NCBI GenBank assembly: GCA_963976285.1
Contig: CAXBJY010000005.1
Span: forward strand, 75,242 to 139,241
From: an uncultured Gammaproteobacteria bacterium
GTDB taxonomy: Bacteria > Pseudomonadota > Gammaproteobacteria > Ga0077536
Direction: 5' to 3'
Length of the DNA stretch: 64,000 nucleotides
Part shown: piece by piece, positions 9,734-18,447 of the stretch
Layout: every line of letters starts with the position of its first letter
Position numbering within the stretch: the stretch's first letter is position 1
The notes under the pieces: generated by a model
What the model saw: the letters and a program-made list of their open reading frames with translations, nothing else
Database searches by the model: none
What the model was told of the DNA's origin: nothing
Program-made: the position numbers and the translations under genes

Positions 9734-9844
9734 GGGACTCCAGTCGTCTGCCGTTCAGGCATTGAGGATAACGGCTCGGTATGAGCCCTGCAATTGAGCG
9801 CGAATCATGCGATGCCGGACAGTGTTCGGGCCGTGGTATCGCGC

Positions 9845-10831
9845 TTATTGCGCGATCGCCGTTGGATGGATCCCTTCGCCGTAGACAAAGCGGGAACCGA
9901 CCGCGCCGACGACCGCCGTGCGACGATCGAGGTCGAGACCGGCGCGCAGCCGGATCAGCGGTTCGATGCCGGTGCAATGTCCGGCCATCAGATGTTGCAC
10001 GCCGATATCACGCAGTTTCGCCGCCGTCCACTTGAGCGTTTCATCGTCGGCTGCAAACAGGTGCATCCCGCCCATGAGCGCGTGGATCGAGTGTGGCTGG
10101 ATCGCGCGTTGTACCTGTTCGAGCGTATTGACGGCGCCGGCATGGCCGCAGCCCAGCAGTACGATCGGGCCTTGCGCGGTGAGCACCGCGAGCGCCTGGC
10201 TGTCGGGCACAGGGTCTTCCACCCACTCGCCGTCAACTTTGATCCGGAGCGCGGGCGAATAGTTGCGTTCCGGGTTCGTTCGTTCCACCGGTCCCGTTAC
10301 CCAAACTGCGGGGCCAATGCGGGTGGGCTCGGCATATTCGATGATCGTTACGCCGGCCGCTTCCAGTTCACCGCGCAGCCCGATCATCTGGTTTACCTCC
10401 GCGTCGCCGCTGCTCGCGGGCATGCGCCGCGACGCGAAGAAGCCTTGTGCGACGTGAAACGTGCGCATCGCCGCCGGGTTTCGCGGACGCAGTTCCGCAA
10501 TCAACGGCAGCAGCCCGGTCGTGTGATCGAAATGAAAATGACTGAGCACGACGTCGGTGGCGCAGGACAGATCGATGTCCAGCACCCTTGCGTTACGAAT
10601 TACCGTGTCGGGATAGCGTCCGGCATCGAACAGGATGCAGCGACCATCAAGCTCGACGAGCGCGGACAGCCCCCACTCGCCGATGGTTTTGCCGTTCGCA
10701 AGATTCGACGACAGGATCGTAACGCTGACGTTTGCCGCGACTTCGACGGGTGCCTCGGCGTCCGCCGCGAACGGAACTGCGAGCAGTGCGCCGAGCAGCG
10801 CCGAGCCAACGAGCAGGGTCGGAAGATTCAT
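9845..10831 (-). CDS. Secreted MBL-fold metallo-hydrolase
   Basis: Signal peptide; GEWGLS, ILFDAG, SHFHFDH, GCGHAG, GGMHL, GHCTG. Confidence 0.88.
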   Translation of the reverse strand: MNLPTLLVGSALLGALLAVPFAADAEAPVEVAANVSVTILSSNLANGKTIGEWGLSALVELDGRCILFDAGRYPDTVIRNARVLDIDLSCATDVVLSHFHFDHTTGLLPLIAELRPRNPAAMRTFHVAQGFFASRRMPASSGDAEVNQMIGLRGELEAAGVTIIEYAEPTRIGPAVWVTGPVERTNPERNYSPALRIKVDGEWVEDPVPDSQALAVLTAQGPIVLLGCGHAGAVNTLEQVQRAIQPHSIHALMGGMHLFAADDETLKWTAAKLRDIGVQHLMAGHCTGIEPLIRLRAGLDLDRRTAVVGAVGSRFVYGEGIHPTAIAQ

Positions 10832-11059
10832 CGTATCGGTCCTTTCGCGGATCGCGCCCTATGAGTATAGCGGTCGGCGACGCATTCGCGCCGCGTGGAC
10901 GTGATCGGCAACGGGTGCCCGCAGGCGGTCTCCGGGCCGACGAAAAGCCTCGCGGAACCGGGTGGCGGTGCTACCGGCCGCAATTTCATGCGCGGCTGCC
11001 CGGGGCGCTCGCTCGAGCCGTTCGATCGCGATCGGCCGTTGCGCTGGTGGCATACTGAG

Positions 11060-11195
11060 TGCGTAAATCCGAGACACCGTGGCTTCGGGACCGGAACCAT
11101 TGTCTACACCCCATCCAAAGTCCCTTCCCCTCGATTTGAGGGTAAGGGACCCTGGTCCATTAAGGTCGGTAGTGCATAATCTGGAGCACGTATTT
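11060..11195. repeat. Dispersed structured repeat/MITE-like element, copy 1
   Basis: Ungapped match to 41135-41270 (about 20 mismatches in 136 by hand count); internal hairpin CCCTTCCCCTC-GATTT-GAGGGTAAGGG. Confidence 0.85.
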
Positions 11196-11265
11196 TGCCC
11201 GCGGGCTTCATCGACGAACGTTCATGTACTACTCATTTCGCACAGTATCAGCGGGTTTCTCCGCG

Positions 11266-12627
11266 ATGTTTCGATTACGGGCTGTTCGCGTCATGGGCGT
11301 GTTGACGACGGCACTGCTGTTACACCCGCGGCTCGAAGCCGTGGAGCGGGTCGTCGGCAGCGACGCGGGCTATGCGACGATTGGCGCGGCGCTCGAAGTC
11401 GCGCGCGCCGGTGACGTGATCCGGATCCGGCCCGGAACGTATCGTGAGTCGCTGCGGAGTTTCGCGCCGGGGGTCACGTTACAGGGCGACACGGAGGGCG
11501 AGGTCGTGATTACGGCATCGAGTGGCGTGTTCGATATTCAGCATGCCGACATCGAATTGCAGAACGTGATTGTTGACGGTGGCTTTGGGGCCGCGGACGC
11601 GTTGAAAGTGCGCACGGCGGCCGATCGGTTCGTGTTGCGTGGGGTCGAGGTGCGTCGCAGCGGCCACGACTGCATCGATCTCGAAGCACCGCGCGACGTC
11701 AGGATCACCGACAGCGTTATCCACGATTGCCTGCGTACGGCGGACCCGGATTGCCCGGAGGAGCCCTGTGCGCCGGTAGTGCGGTGCGACGATAACAATT
11801 GCCGCCGCGATGCTCACGGGATCGCGGCCGGCGCGGTGCAGCGCTTGCGCATTATCAACACGAAGATTCACACGTTTTCCGGTGACGCGGTGCAGGTAGA
11901 CGCCGATCGCGGGCAACCGGCGTGGGACGAGGTCACGATCGCGGGTTGTGAATTTCGTCTCGCGCCGCTCGACGCGGATGTGGGTGGTTTCGCAGCCGGC
12001 GTCGTGCCGGGCGAAAATGCCGTTGATACGAAGACGCCCGTCGTGGACGGGCCACCGTCGCGGCTCACGATCCGTGACACCATCGCCAGTGGATTCGGCG
12101 GCGGCCTCGTGCGCAACTCGGCGTTCAATCTGAAGGAAAACGTTGCCGTCGACATCGACGGGGTGACGGTTTACGACTCGCAGATCGCATTCAGGATCCG
12201 CGGCGCGAACGCAAAAAGTCCTTTTCGTGCCGCGGTCGGTATGCGTAACGTGGTCGTGTTCGACGTCGCGACGGCGTTTCGCTATGAAGGCGGCAGAAAC
12301 ACGATTGCGCTCGTGAACTCGACAATCGGGCGTGACGTCGGGCAGGTATTCGATGCCCGGGCGTCGGCGCCGGGCACGGTGATCAACGCCCGCAATGTGC
12401 TCGTCGTCGGTGACGCGCTGCCGCCCCAGATCACGGGTGCAACGAATCTCGCGATCAGCGCCCGCGGGTTCATCGATGCGCTCGCGCATGACTACCACCT
12501 GAGCGCATCAAGCCCGGCAGTTGATCGCGGCTCGGATGCGGGTGAGATCCCGGAGCGGGATCGCGATGGCCGGCCGCGCATCGTCGGGGAAACGATCGAC
12601 CTCGGCGCGTTCGAGTATCAGCGGTAG
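11266..12627 (+). CDS. Secreted right-handed beta-helix protein with choice-of-anchor-Q-like C-terminus
   Basis: YATIGAAL...GDVIRIRPGTY; C-terminus DYHLSASSPAVDRG...DRDGRPR...IDLGAFEYQ; start uncertain. Confidence 0.8.
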   Translation: MFRLRAVRVMGVLTTALLLHPRLEAVERVVGSDAGYATIGAALEVARAGDVIRIRPGTYRESLRSFAPGVTLQGDTEGEVVITASSGVFDIQHADIELQNVIVDGGFGAADALKVRTAADRFVLRGVEVRRSGHDCIDLEAPRDVRITDSVIHDCLRTADPDCPEEPCAPVVRCDDNNCRRDAHGIAAGAVQRLRIINTKIHTFSGDAVQVDADRGQPAWDEVTIAGCEFRLAPLDADVGGFAAGVVPGENAVDTKTPVVDGPPSRLTIRDTIASGFGGGLVRNSAFNLKENVAVDIDGVTVYDSQIAFRIRGANAKSPFRAAVGMRNVVVFDVATAFRYEGGRNTIALVNSTIGRDVGQVFDARASAPGTVINARNVLVVGDALPPQITGATNLAISARGFIDALAHDYHLSASSPAVDRGSDAGEIPERDRDGRPRIVGETIDLGAFEYQR

Positions 12628-12649
12628 GCGCGCAGCCTTACGGCCCTGC

Positions 12650-13648
12650 TCACGGCCGCGCGAGGAACGCGATGCAGCCACTGTCGTGCAGTAAGGGATC
12701 GATGCGCCCGCGTGCACGCTCATCAAGTGCGGCGTAGGCAGACAGCAGGGCGCCGTAGCACTTGGCCTGGTAACGGTTCGCGGCTTGTGCGTAAGGCTGT
12801 CCGTCGATTTCCAGTGTTACGCGATCCGTACCGGTGTCGAGTGCGTGGCGGTTCGCGGCGAGAAACGGCAGATAGTATCGGCCCGCGAGATCGAGCAGGC
12901 CTTTGAGCGCCTCCGTGAAGTCGCGCGACCATGCACCGTCCACCCCGGACGCGTCGTCGAGACGCAGCACCCAGTGCGCCGTGCGCGGTGCGATCTCGCG
13001 CATCATGTCACGCGGCGTCGGGTCGGCCGCGAGCGTTTTCAGCTGTCCGTAAATGGCGAAATCAGCGAGTGCGGGGCGGCTGCCAAACAGGAAACGATCC
13101 GTCGCGACGAAGCGTTCGAGCACTTCGAGCAGTTCGCGATAGTGGCGTTCCAGCAACGGCGCATTGGACGGGGTACACCCGACGAGCGGCATGCGTGAGG
13201 TCTGACGCGCGATAAATTCACCGGTCAGCGCGTCGAGTTCTGCCGGACTCAGATCCGGGTGTGCGTCGTCCATCACCCACGCGGCGCCGCTGACCGCATC
13301 GCGTGCGCGGCTGAAGCGGTAATGAAAAAGCGATTTCGTCAGCCACTCATCGGCCATGTCCTCGATCAGGGCGCTCAGGAACGCGTCGCCCGGTGCATCC
13401 GGTACGATGCTGCGCGCATGCGGGTGCCGTTGTTCGAGGTCGACGATGATCGGCGTACTGTCCGTGCGGTAAGCGCCGTCCGGGTATTGCACCACGGGCA
13501 TGATCAACGGCCGTACCGCGAGCGTTTCGGCGTGGAACTGCGGCATGCGGGCAACCCACACATAGGGAATATGACGGTAACGCATCACTGCGCGCACCTT
13601 CACCGCATAAGGTGACGATTCGATGCCAATGATTCGATACGGTTGCAT
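12650..13648 (-). CDS. Glutathione S-transferase family protein
   Basis: GIESSPYAVKVR, DSTPII, IEDMADEWL, FLFGSRPALADF. Confidence 0.88.
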   Translation of the reverse strand: MQPYRIIGIESSPYAVKVRAVMRYRHIPYVWVARMPQFHAETLAVRPLIMPVVQYPDGAYRTDSTPIIVDLEQRHPHARSIVPDAPGDAFLSALIEDMADEWLTKSLFHYRFSRARDAVSGAAWVMDDAHPDLSPAELDALTGEFIARQTSRMPLVGCTPSNAPLLERHYRELLEVLERFVATDRFLFGSRPALADFAIYGQLKTLAADPTPRDMMREIAPRTAHWVLRLDDASGVDGAWSRDFTEALKGLLDLAGRYYLPFLAANRHALDTGTDRVTLEIDGQPYAQAANRYQAKCYGALLSAYAALDERARGRIDPLLHDSGCIAFLARP

Positions 13649-13787
13649 TGCGGGTGCCTCGCAATTCACGCGGAAACCGGGATTGTCCATCGCATCATAG
13701 CGAACCTCGCGCGGCGCGGCGCGACAATCGGCTCGCGTCGCGATTGGTGCGATAATCCCTGTTCGTATTGTCGTGGACTGATTTGCC

Positions 13788-15083
13788 GTGGGCCTGACGC
13801 TCGAAACGATCAATATCCACCATCCGAGTGTATACGCCACCGGCGGCTCGCCGTGGGCGGCCTGGGATCTGCTGCGCGAACACGCGCCCGTGTACTGGTA
13901 TGAACGCGACGACGTCGAGCCGTTCTGGGCGGTCACGCGTTACGCGGACATCATGACGGTTTCCGATCATCCGCAAGTGTTCATCAACGGTGGCCCGCGC
14001 TTGCGGCTCACGCTGAAAGGTACGCCTGAACTCCTGCGCGCCGGGGTGGACACGTTCGGCGCACAACGCGGCTGGGATCCCGACGAACCGCCGGACATGG
14101 TGTTCATGGACAATCCGCGCCACCGACACCTGCGGCGACAGTCGAGCTGGGCATTTACCCAGGGCGGCATGCGTCGCATGGACGCACATTTCACGGCGCT
14201 CGCCGAGCAGTTCACGCGCGAATATATCGCGCGGCTCGAGACCGCCGCCGCCCCGGATCGGACGGTTGATTTCGTCAGCGGGCTCGCGTGCAAACTCCCG
14301 CTCGCGGCCGTGGGCGAAATCATGGGGCTCGCGCCGGACGACTGGAAGCAGATCCTGATCTGGTCGAATGCCTTGATCGGCGAAATCGAGGAATGCGATC
14401 GGCTGCCGGGCGAAAGCCGCGGTGCGGCCGGCTACCGCAATATGTACGAACTGCGCTCCTATCTCGAGGGTCTGATCCACGAGAGTCGCGCGCACGGCGC
14501 GCAGCGTGGCGGGTTTATCGACCACATGGTGCATCACAAGGTGCAGGGACAGGTGCTCACCGATCAGCAACTGATCGGTTACCTGTTTCTGTTGATCGCG
14601 GCGGGCAACGATACGACGCGCAACGCGCTGACCGGCGGGGTTGCCGCGCTGATCGAGCACCCGGAGGAATGCGCACGTCTGCGCCGCAACCCCGATTTAC
14701 TGCCGGGGGCGATCGAGGAAATCCTGCGCTGGACGTCACCAGTGGTTAATTTCCTGCGCACGGCGACGGAAGATTTCGAACTCGCGGGCACCGGTATCGC
14801 GGCGGGCGATACGGTCGGCCTGTTTTATCCGTCGGCGAACCGCGACCGGCGCGTGTTCGCCGATCCGTATCGCTTCGATATTACGCGCGCGCCGAATCCG
14901 CACCTGACGTTCGGTTTCGGGGCGCATTTTTGTCTTGGCACGAATCTCGCGCGCGCGGAACTGAAAGCCAGCCTGCGGGCGTTGCTGCCGTACCTCGATC
15001 GTCTCGAAATCCACGGCGAACCGACACGCATTGCGCAGACCCACGTCACCGGTTTCTCGACCCTGCCGCTACGCTTGCGCTGA
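13788..15083 (+). CDS. Cytochrome P450
   Basis: AGNDTTR, EEILRW, FGFGAHFCLG. Confidence 0.95.
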   Translation: MGLTLETINIHHPSVYATGGSPWAAWDLLREHAPVYWYERDDVEPFWAVTRYADIMTVSDHPQVFINGGPRLRLTLKGTPELLRAGVDTFGAQRGWDPDEPPDMVFMDNPRHRHLRRQSSWAFTQGGMRRMDAHFTALAEQFTREYIARLETAAAPDRTVDFVSGLACKLPLAAVGEIMGLAPDDWKQILIWSNALIGEIEECDRLPGESRGAAGYRNMYELRSYLEGLIHESRAHGAQRGGFIDHMVHHKVQGQVLTDQQLIGYLFLLIAAGNDTTRNALTGGVAALIEHPEECARLRRNPDLLPGAIEEILRWTSPVVNFLRTATEDFELAGTGIAAGDTVGLFYPSANRDRRVFADPYRFDITRAPNPHLTFGFGAHFCLGTNLARAELKASLRALLPYLDRLEIHGEPTRIAQTHVTGFSTLPLRLR

Positions 15084-15950
15084 ACCAGGCTCCGAGCGCG
15101 TCGGCCCGTCGCCGGCGACCCGCGTTTGCCGCATGAGGCGGCGCCAGCGATCGGCGTCGAACCCGGTGCCCCGGTGCAGCACACAGCGGTTGTCCCACAT
15201 CACCGTATCGCCCGCGCGCCAGCGGTGGCGGTAAATCCGCTCCGGCGCCGTCGCGAATGCGCACAACTCGTCGATCAGATGGCGCCCGTCGATCCCCGAC
15301 CAGCCGACGATGGAGCGCGCATGTGAGCCGACGTAGTAGTTCTTCGCGCCGTTCGCCGGGTTCACGCGCACGAGGCGGTGCTCGATCGGCGGCAGAGATG
15401 CGGCGTGGTTCGGATCGACCGGCGCCACCTGGCTGCGTGAAAAAACGTAGTCGTGCAGGACGAGGAGCGGATCGATTTCCGCGGTTCGTTGCGCCGGCAG
15501 GCGCGCATAGGCGGCGCGCTGACTCGCGAATTCCGTCTCGCCGCCTTCACCCGGCGCTTCGTAGGAGTGATTGATCGAAAACTTCGTCGGCACGAGCCGA
15601 AACGATGAGTCGGAATGCCACAGGTTGTTGCCGCGCTGATAGCGCGTGTGCGGGTCGTCGTTGCCCTTGTGATTGTGGGCGTCGATGACGTTGCCGATCG
15701 TGGCAAAATATTCGACGACGCCGGTGGCACCGAGCGTGACGTGGTTCGGCTCCGGTTCGCCGAGTTTCCGGGTCAGCGCGAGTTGCGCCTGATCGGACAT
15801 CGCCTGCTCGGGAAACACGAGGACGGAATAGCGATCCATCGCGTCGCGGATCGTGGTGACGACGCTTGCGTCGAGATTACGCGTCAAATCAATTCCGCGC
15901 ACACGCGCGCCGAAATCCTCGTGCAGCGGTTCGAAAACCGGATCATGCAT
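15069..15950 (-). CDS. TauD/TfdA family Fe(II)/2-oxoglutarate dioxygenase
   Basis: WHSDSSF, GGETEFA, WDNRCVLHR. Confidence 0.92.
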   Translation of the reverse strand: MHDPVFEPLHEDFGARVRGIDLTRNLDASVVTTIRDAMDRYSVLVFPEQAMSDQAQLALTRKLGEPEPNHVTLGATGVVEYFATIGNVIDAHNHKGNDDPHTRYQRGNNLWHSDSSFRLVPTKFSINHSYEAPGEGGETEFASQRAAYARLPAQRTAEIDPLLVLHDYVFSRSQVAPVDPNHAASLPPIEHRLVRVNPANGAKNYYVGSHARSIVGWSGIDGRHLIDELCAFATAPERIYRHRWRAGDTVMWDNRCVLHRGTGFDADRWRRLMRQTRVAGDGPTRSEPGSAQA

Positions 15951-16010
15951 AAGCCGTACTACCGTTTCCTGTGGTTACCCACGAATGCCTCCGCGCATCG
16001 AAAACCGCGC

Positions 16011-16582
16011 TCAGGCGGCAGGGCAGGCAATCGGATCGACGAGCGGCATGCGCAGCTCGCTCGTGTAACGGCGTGCCTGCGCATCCGTGAGCCACGCCTG
16101 GGCCGTCGCCGGCAGCATCTCGCTCAGCGTGACGACGTTACCTGCTTCACGTTCGTGCTTCAGAATGCGTCGCGCGATGTCCAGCGTCAATGGTGCGGTG
16201 AAATCGACGTAAACCGGTTTCGTTTCGAGCGGTGCGCGGATGAACACTTCCCGTGGCAGGCCCATTGCGTGCTGCCAGCTTCGGGCGGCCTGAAAGCGGC
16301 GCGCGGCCGGGGATGTGTCGAGAAACGGAAGATCCGCCGCGGCGACCCGCCAGCTTTCCCGGCGCACGATCAGATCGTCGAGATAGATCCGTGGCGTATG
16401 CGCCTGCGCGGCGATCGGCCGCAAGCCATTCATGACGCAGAATCTGAACACGGCCTGGAATATCGTCGCGAGCGGGCGTGAGCGGCCGTCGCGGATGTCG
16501 CGAATTCTGATCCGTCCGTGTCCACGAGTTGCAGGGAGGCGACGTCGACACACTGTGCGGGCGGGTGATCAGAGCGCCGGTA
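16011..16582 (-). pseudogene. 3' remnant of a lantibiotic dehydratase (small LanB/PEARL-like) gene
   Basis: HTPRIYLDDLIVRRESW, GLPREVF, ETKPVYVDF, VTLSEMLP..QAWLTD...RYTSELR; only about 190 codons, with a frameshift near 16510. Confidence 0.7.
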
Positions 16583-17674
16583 TCAGCCGAGTGTATTCGC
16601 GGCCGACGGGAAATCGTTGAGCCCGTAGGCTGCGCGAAAATCCTCGCTCGCGGTCAATACGACCCGTTCCACGCTGATCCCGATCGCGTTCGCGGCGCGA
16701 TCGACGAGGCTGAAGTCGCCGGCGATGACGGACGCGGCGACCACGGCGGCCGGACTCATCGCGCCCGCGAGTGCCGTGCGTGCGCGGGCGAGCGCATTCA
16801 GATCGCTGCCGATCACGGCATCGGCGAAGGCGAACAGTTCGCGGCCGTGCTCGACGCCGCTGTCACGGTCGATATCAAACACACCGTCGAGTTCGATGTT
16901 CAGTTGCAGGGCTTTGCCACTCTCACGGAGGACATGGGTGTGCCAGGTGGTTCAGTAAAAACACTGGTTCAGCGCGGACACCCTCGCCGCGACGAGTTCG
17001 ATCTGCGGGCGCGACAGGGCCGCGTGTGAACTGTGCGTCAGATCGAAGATGTTCTCCATTGAAAAATATTCCCGATCCATTATGTGGATCAGGCGGCGGG
17101 CTTCGTCCGGGACGAGACTCAGGGAGCGCAGGATGTTCGCGGCCTTGTGTTTGCCGTACAGCGACACGGCGAGTTCGCCACCAGCCGGAGCGTTCGGTAC
17201 GGTCGCGGTGAAGAAGCCCTCGTTCGTCGCCTCCGACGGGCGCTCGAATGTCGGCGCGTGGCCGTCGTTCGGGGTGGCCAGCGCACGTGCCGGAACGCCG
17301 ATGCCGCGGGCAAACACATCGAGATGCGCGAGCCGCGCGACGAGTCCGACGATTTCGACATAGGCACCTTCCGTGACGCCCGTGGCCTGCACCGCGGCGC
17401 AATACCCGCGATCGATCGTCGTGCCGCCGAGTGCGACGTCGCGCGCGAGCTGGCGCGCCGCCGCGGGCAGTTCGGCGCTGTCGACGAGGTGCTCGTCGCC
17501 GATCGACTCCTGGATGCCGGCGTCGACACGCGCCCGGCGTGCCTCGGCCGCGATCGCGGTGCGTTCGGCCGCCGTACCCCAGGTGCCCGGTTCGGCGTAA
17601 GAGCGTAATTCGTCGGCGTGCAGTTCCGCGGTTTCTTCAGGCACGGGGAAAACGGAATCGGCATATAACGGCAT
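16583..17674 (-). CDS. AhpD-like (alkylhydroperoxidase/CMD) selenoprotein; Sec at codon 241 (UGA 16952-16954)
   Basis: LSRPQIELVAARVSALNQCFY-U-TTWH...LRESG continues in frame without a stop into ORF 16583..16882. Confidence 0.82.
16917..16937 (-). promoter_or_regulatory. Possible SECIS hairpin
   Basis: mRNA CCAU-GUC-CUC-CGU-GAG-A-GUGG, 14 nt after UGA; imperfect stem. Confidence 0.5.
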
Positions 17675-17707
17675 GACGCGTCCTCAATCGGGGTGGTTGC
17701 AATTAGC

Positions 17708-17869
17708 CTAGCAGCCTGTCGGACTCAGGGACAATCTACTGCGCTGATGGGGGAGTGGCGCAAATCCGCCCGATTTTTCGTCACCCGGAACCACTATGCG
17801 TCTCAAAATCGGACGAACTCGCTCTCCCACGATGCTCGCTACGATTGCCTGAGTCCGACCCACTGCCAG
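17708..17869. mobile_element. MITE-like element (about 162 bp)
   Basis: Perfect inverted repeats GTCGGACTCAGG (17718-17729) and CCTGAGTCCGAC (17848-17859) within longer imperfect termini CTAGCAG...CTGCCAG. Confidence 0.7.
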
Positions 17870-17897
17870 CACGGTTGCGCGTCGTGACCGCAGCGGA

Positions 17898-18434
17898 TCA
17901 GTCGACGGCGCCGATGATAATCGACGTGGAGCAGTGGTAGACGTTCGTCGTCGTGCCCATGCACCAGTTGATGTCGTTACTCTTGCCGGGGTTGTAGACG
18001 GCACGGTCGCCCTCGTTGCGCGAACACAGACAGCGGCCGCAACTGCTCTTGCCGCAACAGTCGTTATAGGAAATGATGTAGTCCTTGCCGTCGCCCGGAT
18101 TGCGACACGTACCGATCCAGGTGACCGTGGACATCTCCGTTCCCGGCGGGCACGTATTCTGCGAGCCGCCGCAGCAGCTGCACAGATAGCCGTCCATTGC
18201 GCAATTGCGCCAGTATTCACACGCCAGCGGATCCCCCTGCGGCCCGTCGATGAGTGCTTCATCCGGCGCCGGTTCGCGTGCCGGCGCGGCGGCGCGGGCC
18301 ACCGGCAGCAGCGGCAGCAGGCTGCTACCGACGAGCAAGCGGCCGAAGCGGCCGAGAAAGCCGCGGCGCGAATGCAGGCGCGCGAGACGGCGACCAAGGC
18401 GTTCACAATGGGCATCGAAGCGGTTCAGCGGCAT
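17898..18434 (-). CDS. mauA: TTQ amine dehydrogenase small subunit (MauA/AauA family, aromatic amine dehydrogenase-like)
   Basis: Tat SRRGFL; CEYWRNCAMDGYLCSCCGG..CPPG, TWIGTC and NDINWC (the two TTQ Trp positions). Confidence 0.93.
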   Translation of the reverse strand: MPLNRFDAHCERLGRRLARLHSRRGFLGRFGRLLVGSSLLPLLPVARAAAPAREPAPDEALIDGPQGDPLACEYWRNCAMDGYLCSCCGGSQNTCPPGTEMSTVTWIGTCRNPGDGKDYIISYNDCCGKSSCGRCLCSRNEGDRAVYNPGKSNDINWCMGTTTNVYHCSTSIIIGAVD

Positions 18435-18447
18435 ACGGGGTTCTCTG

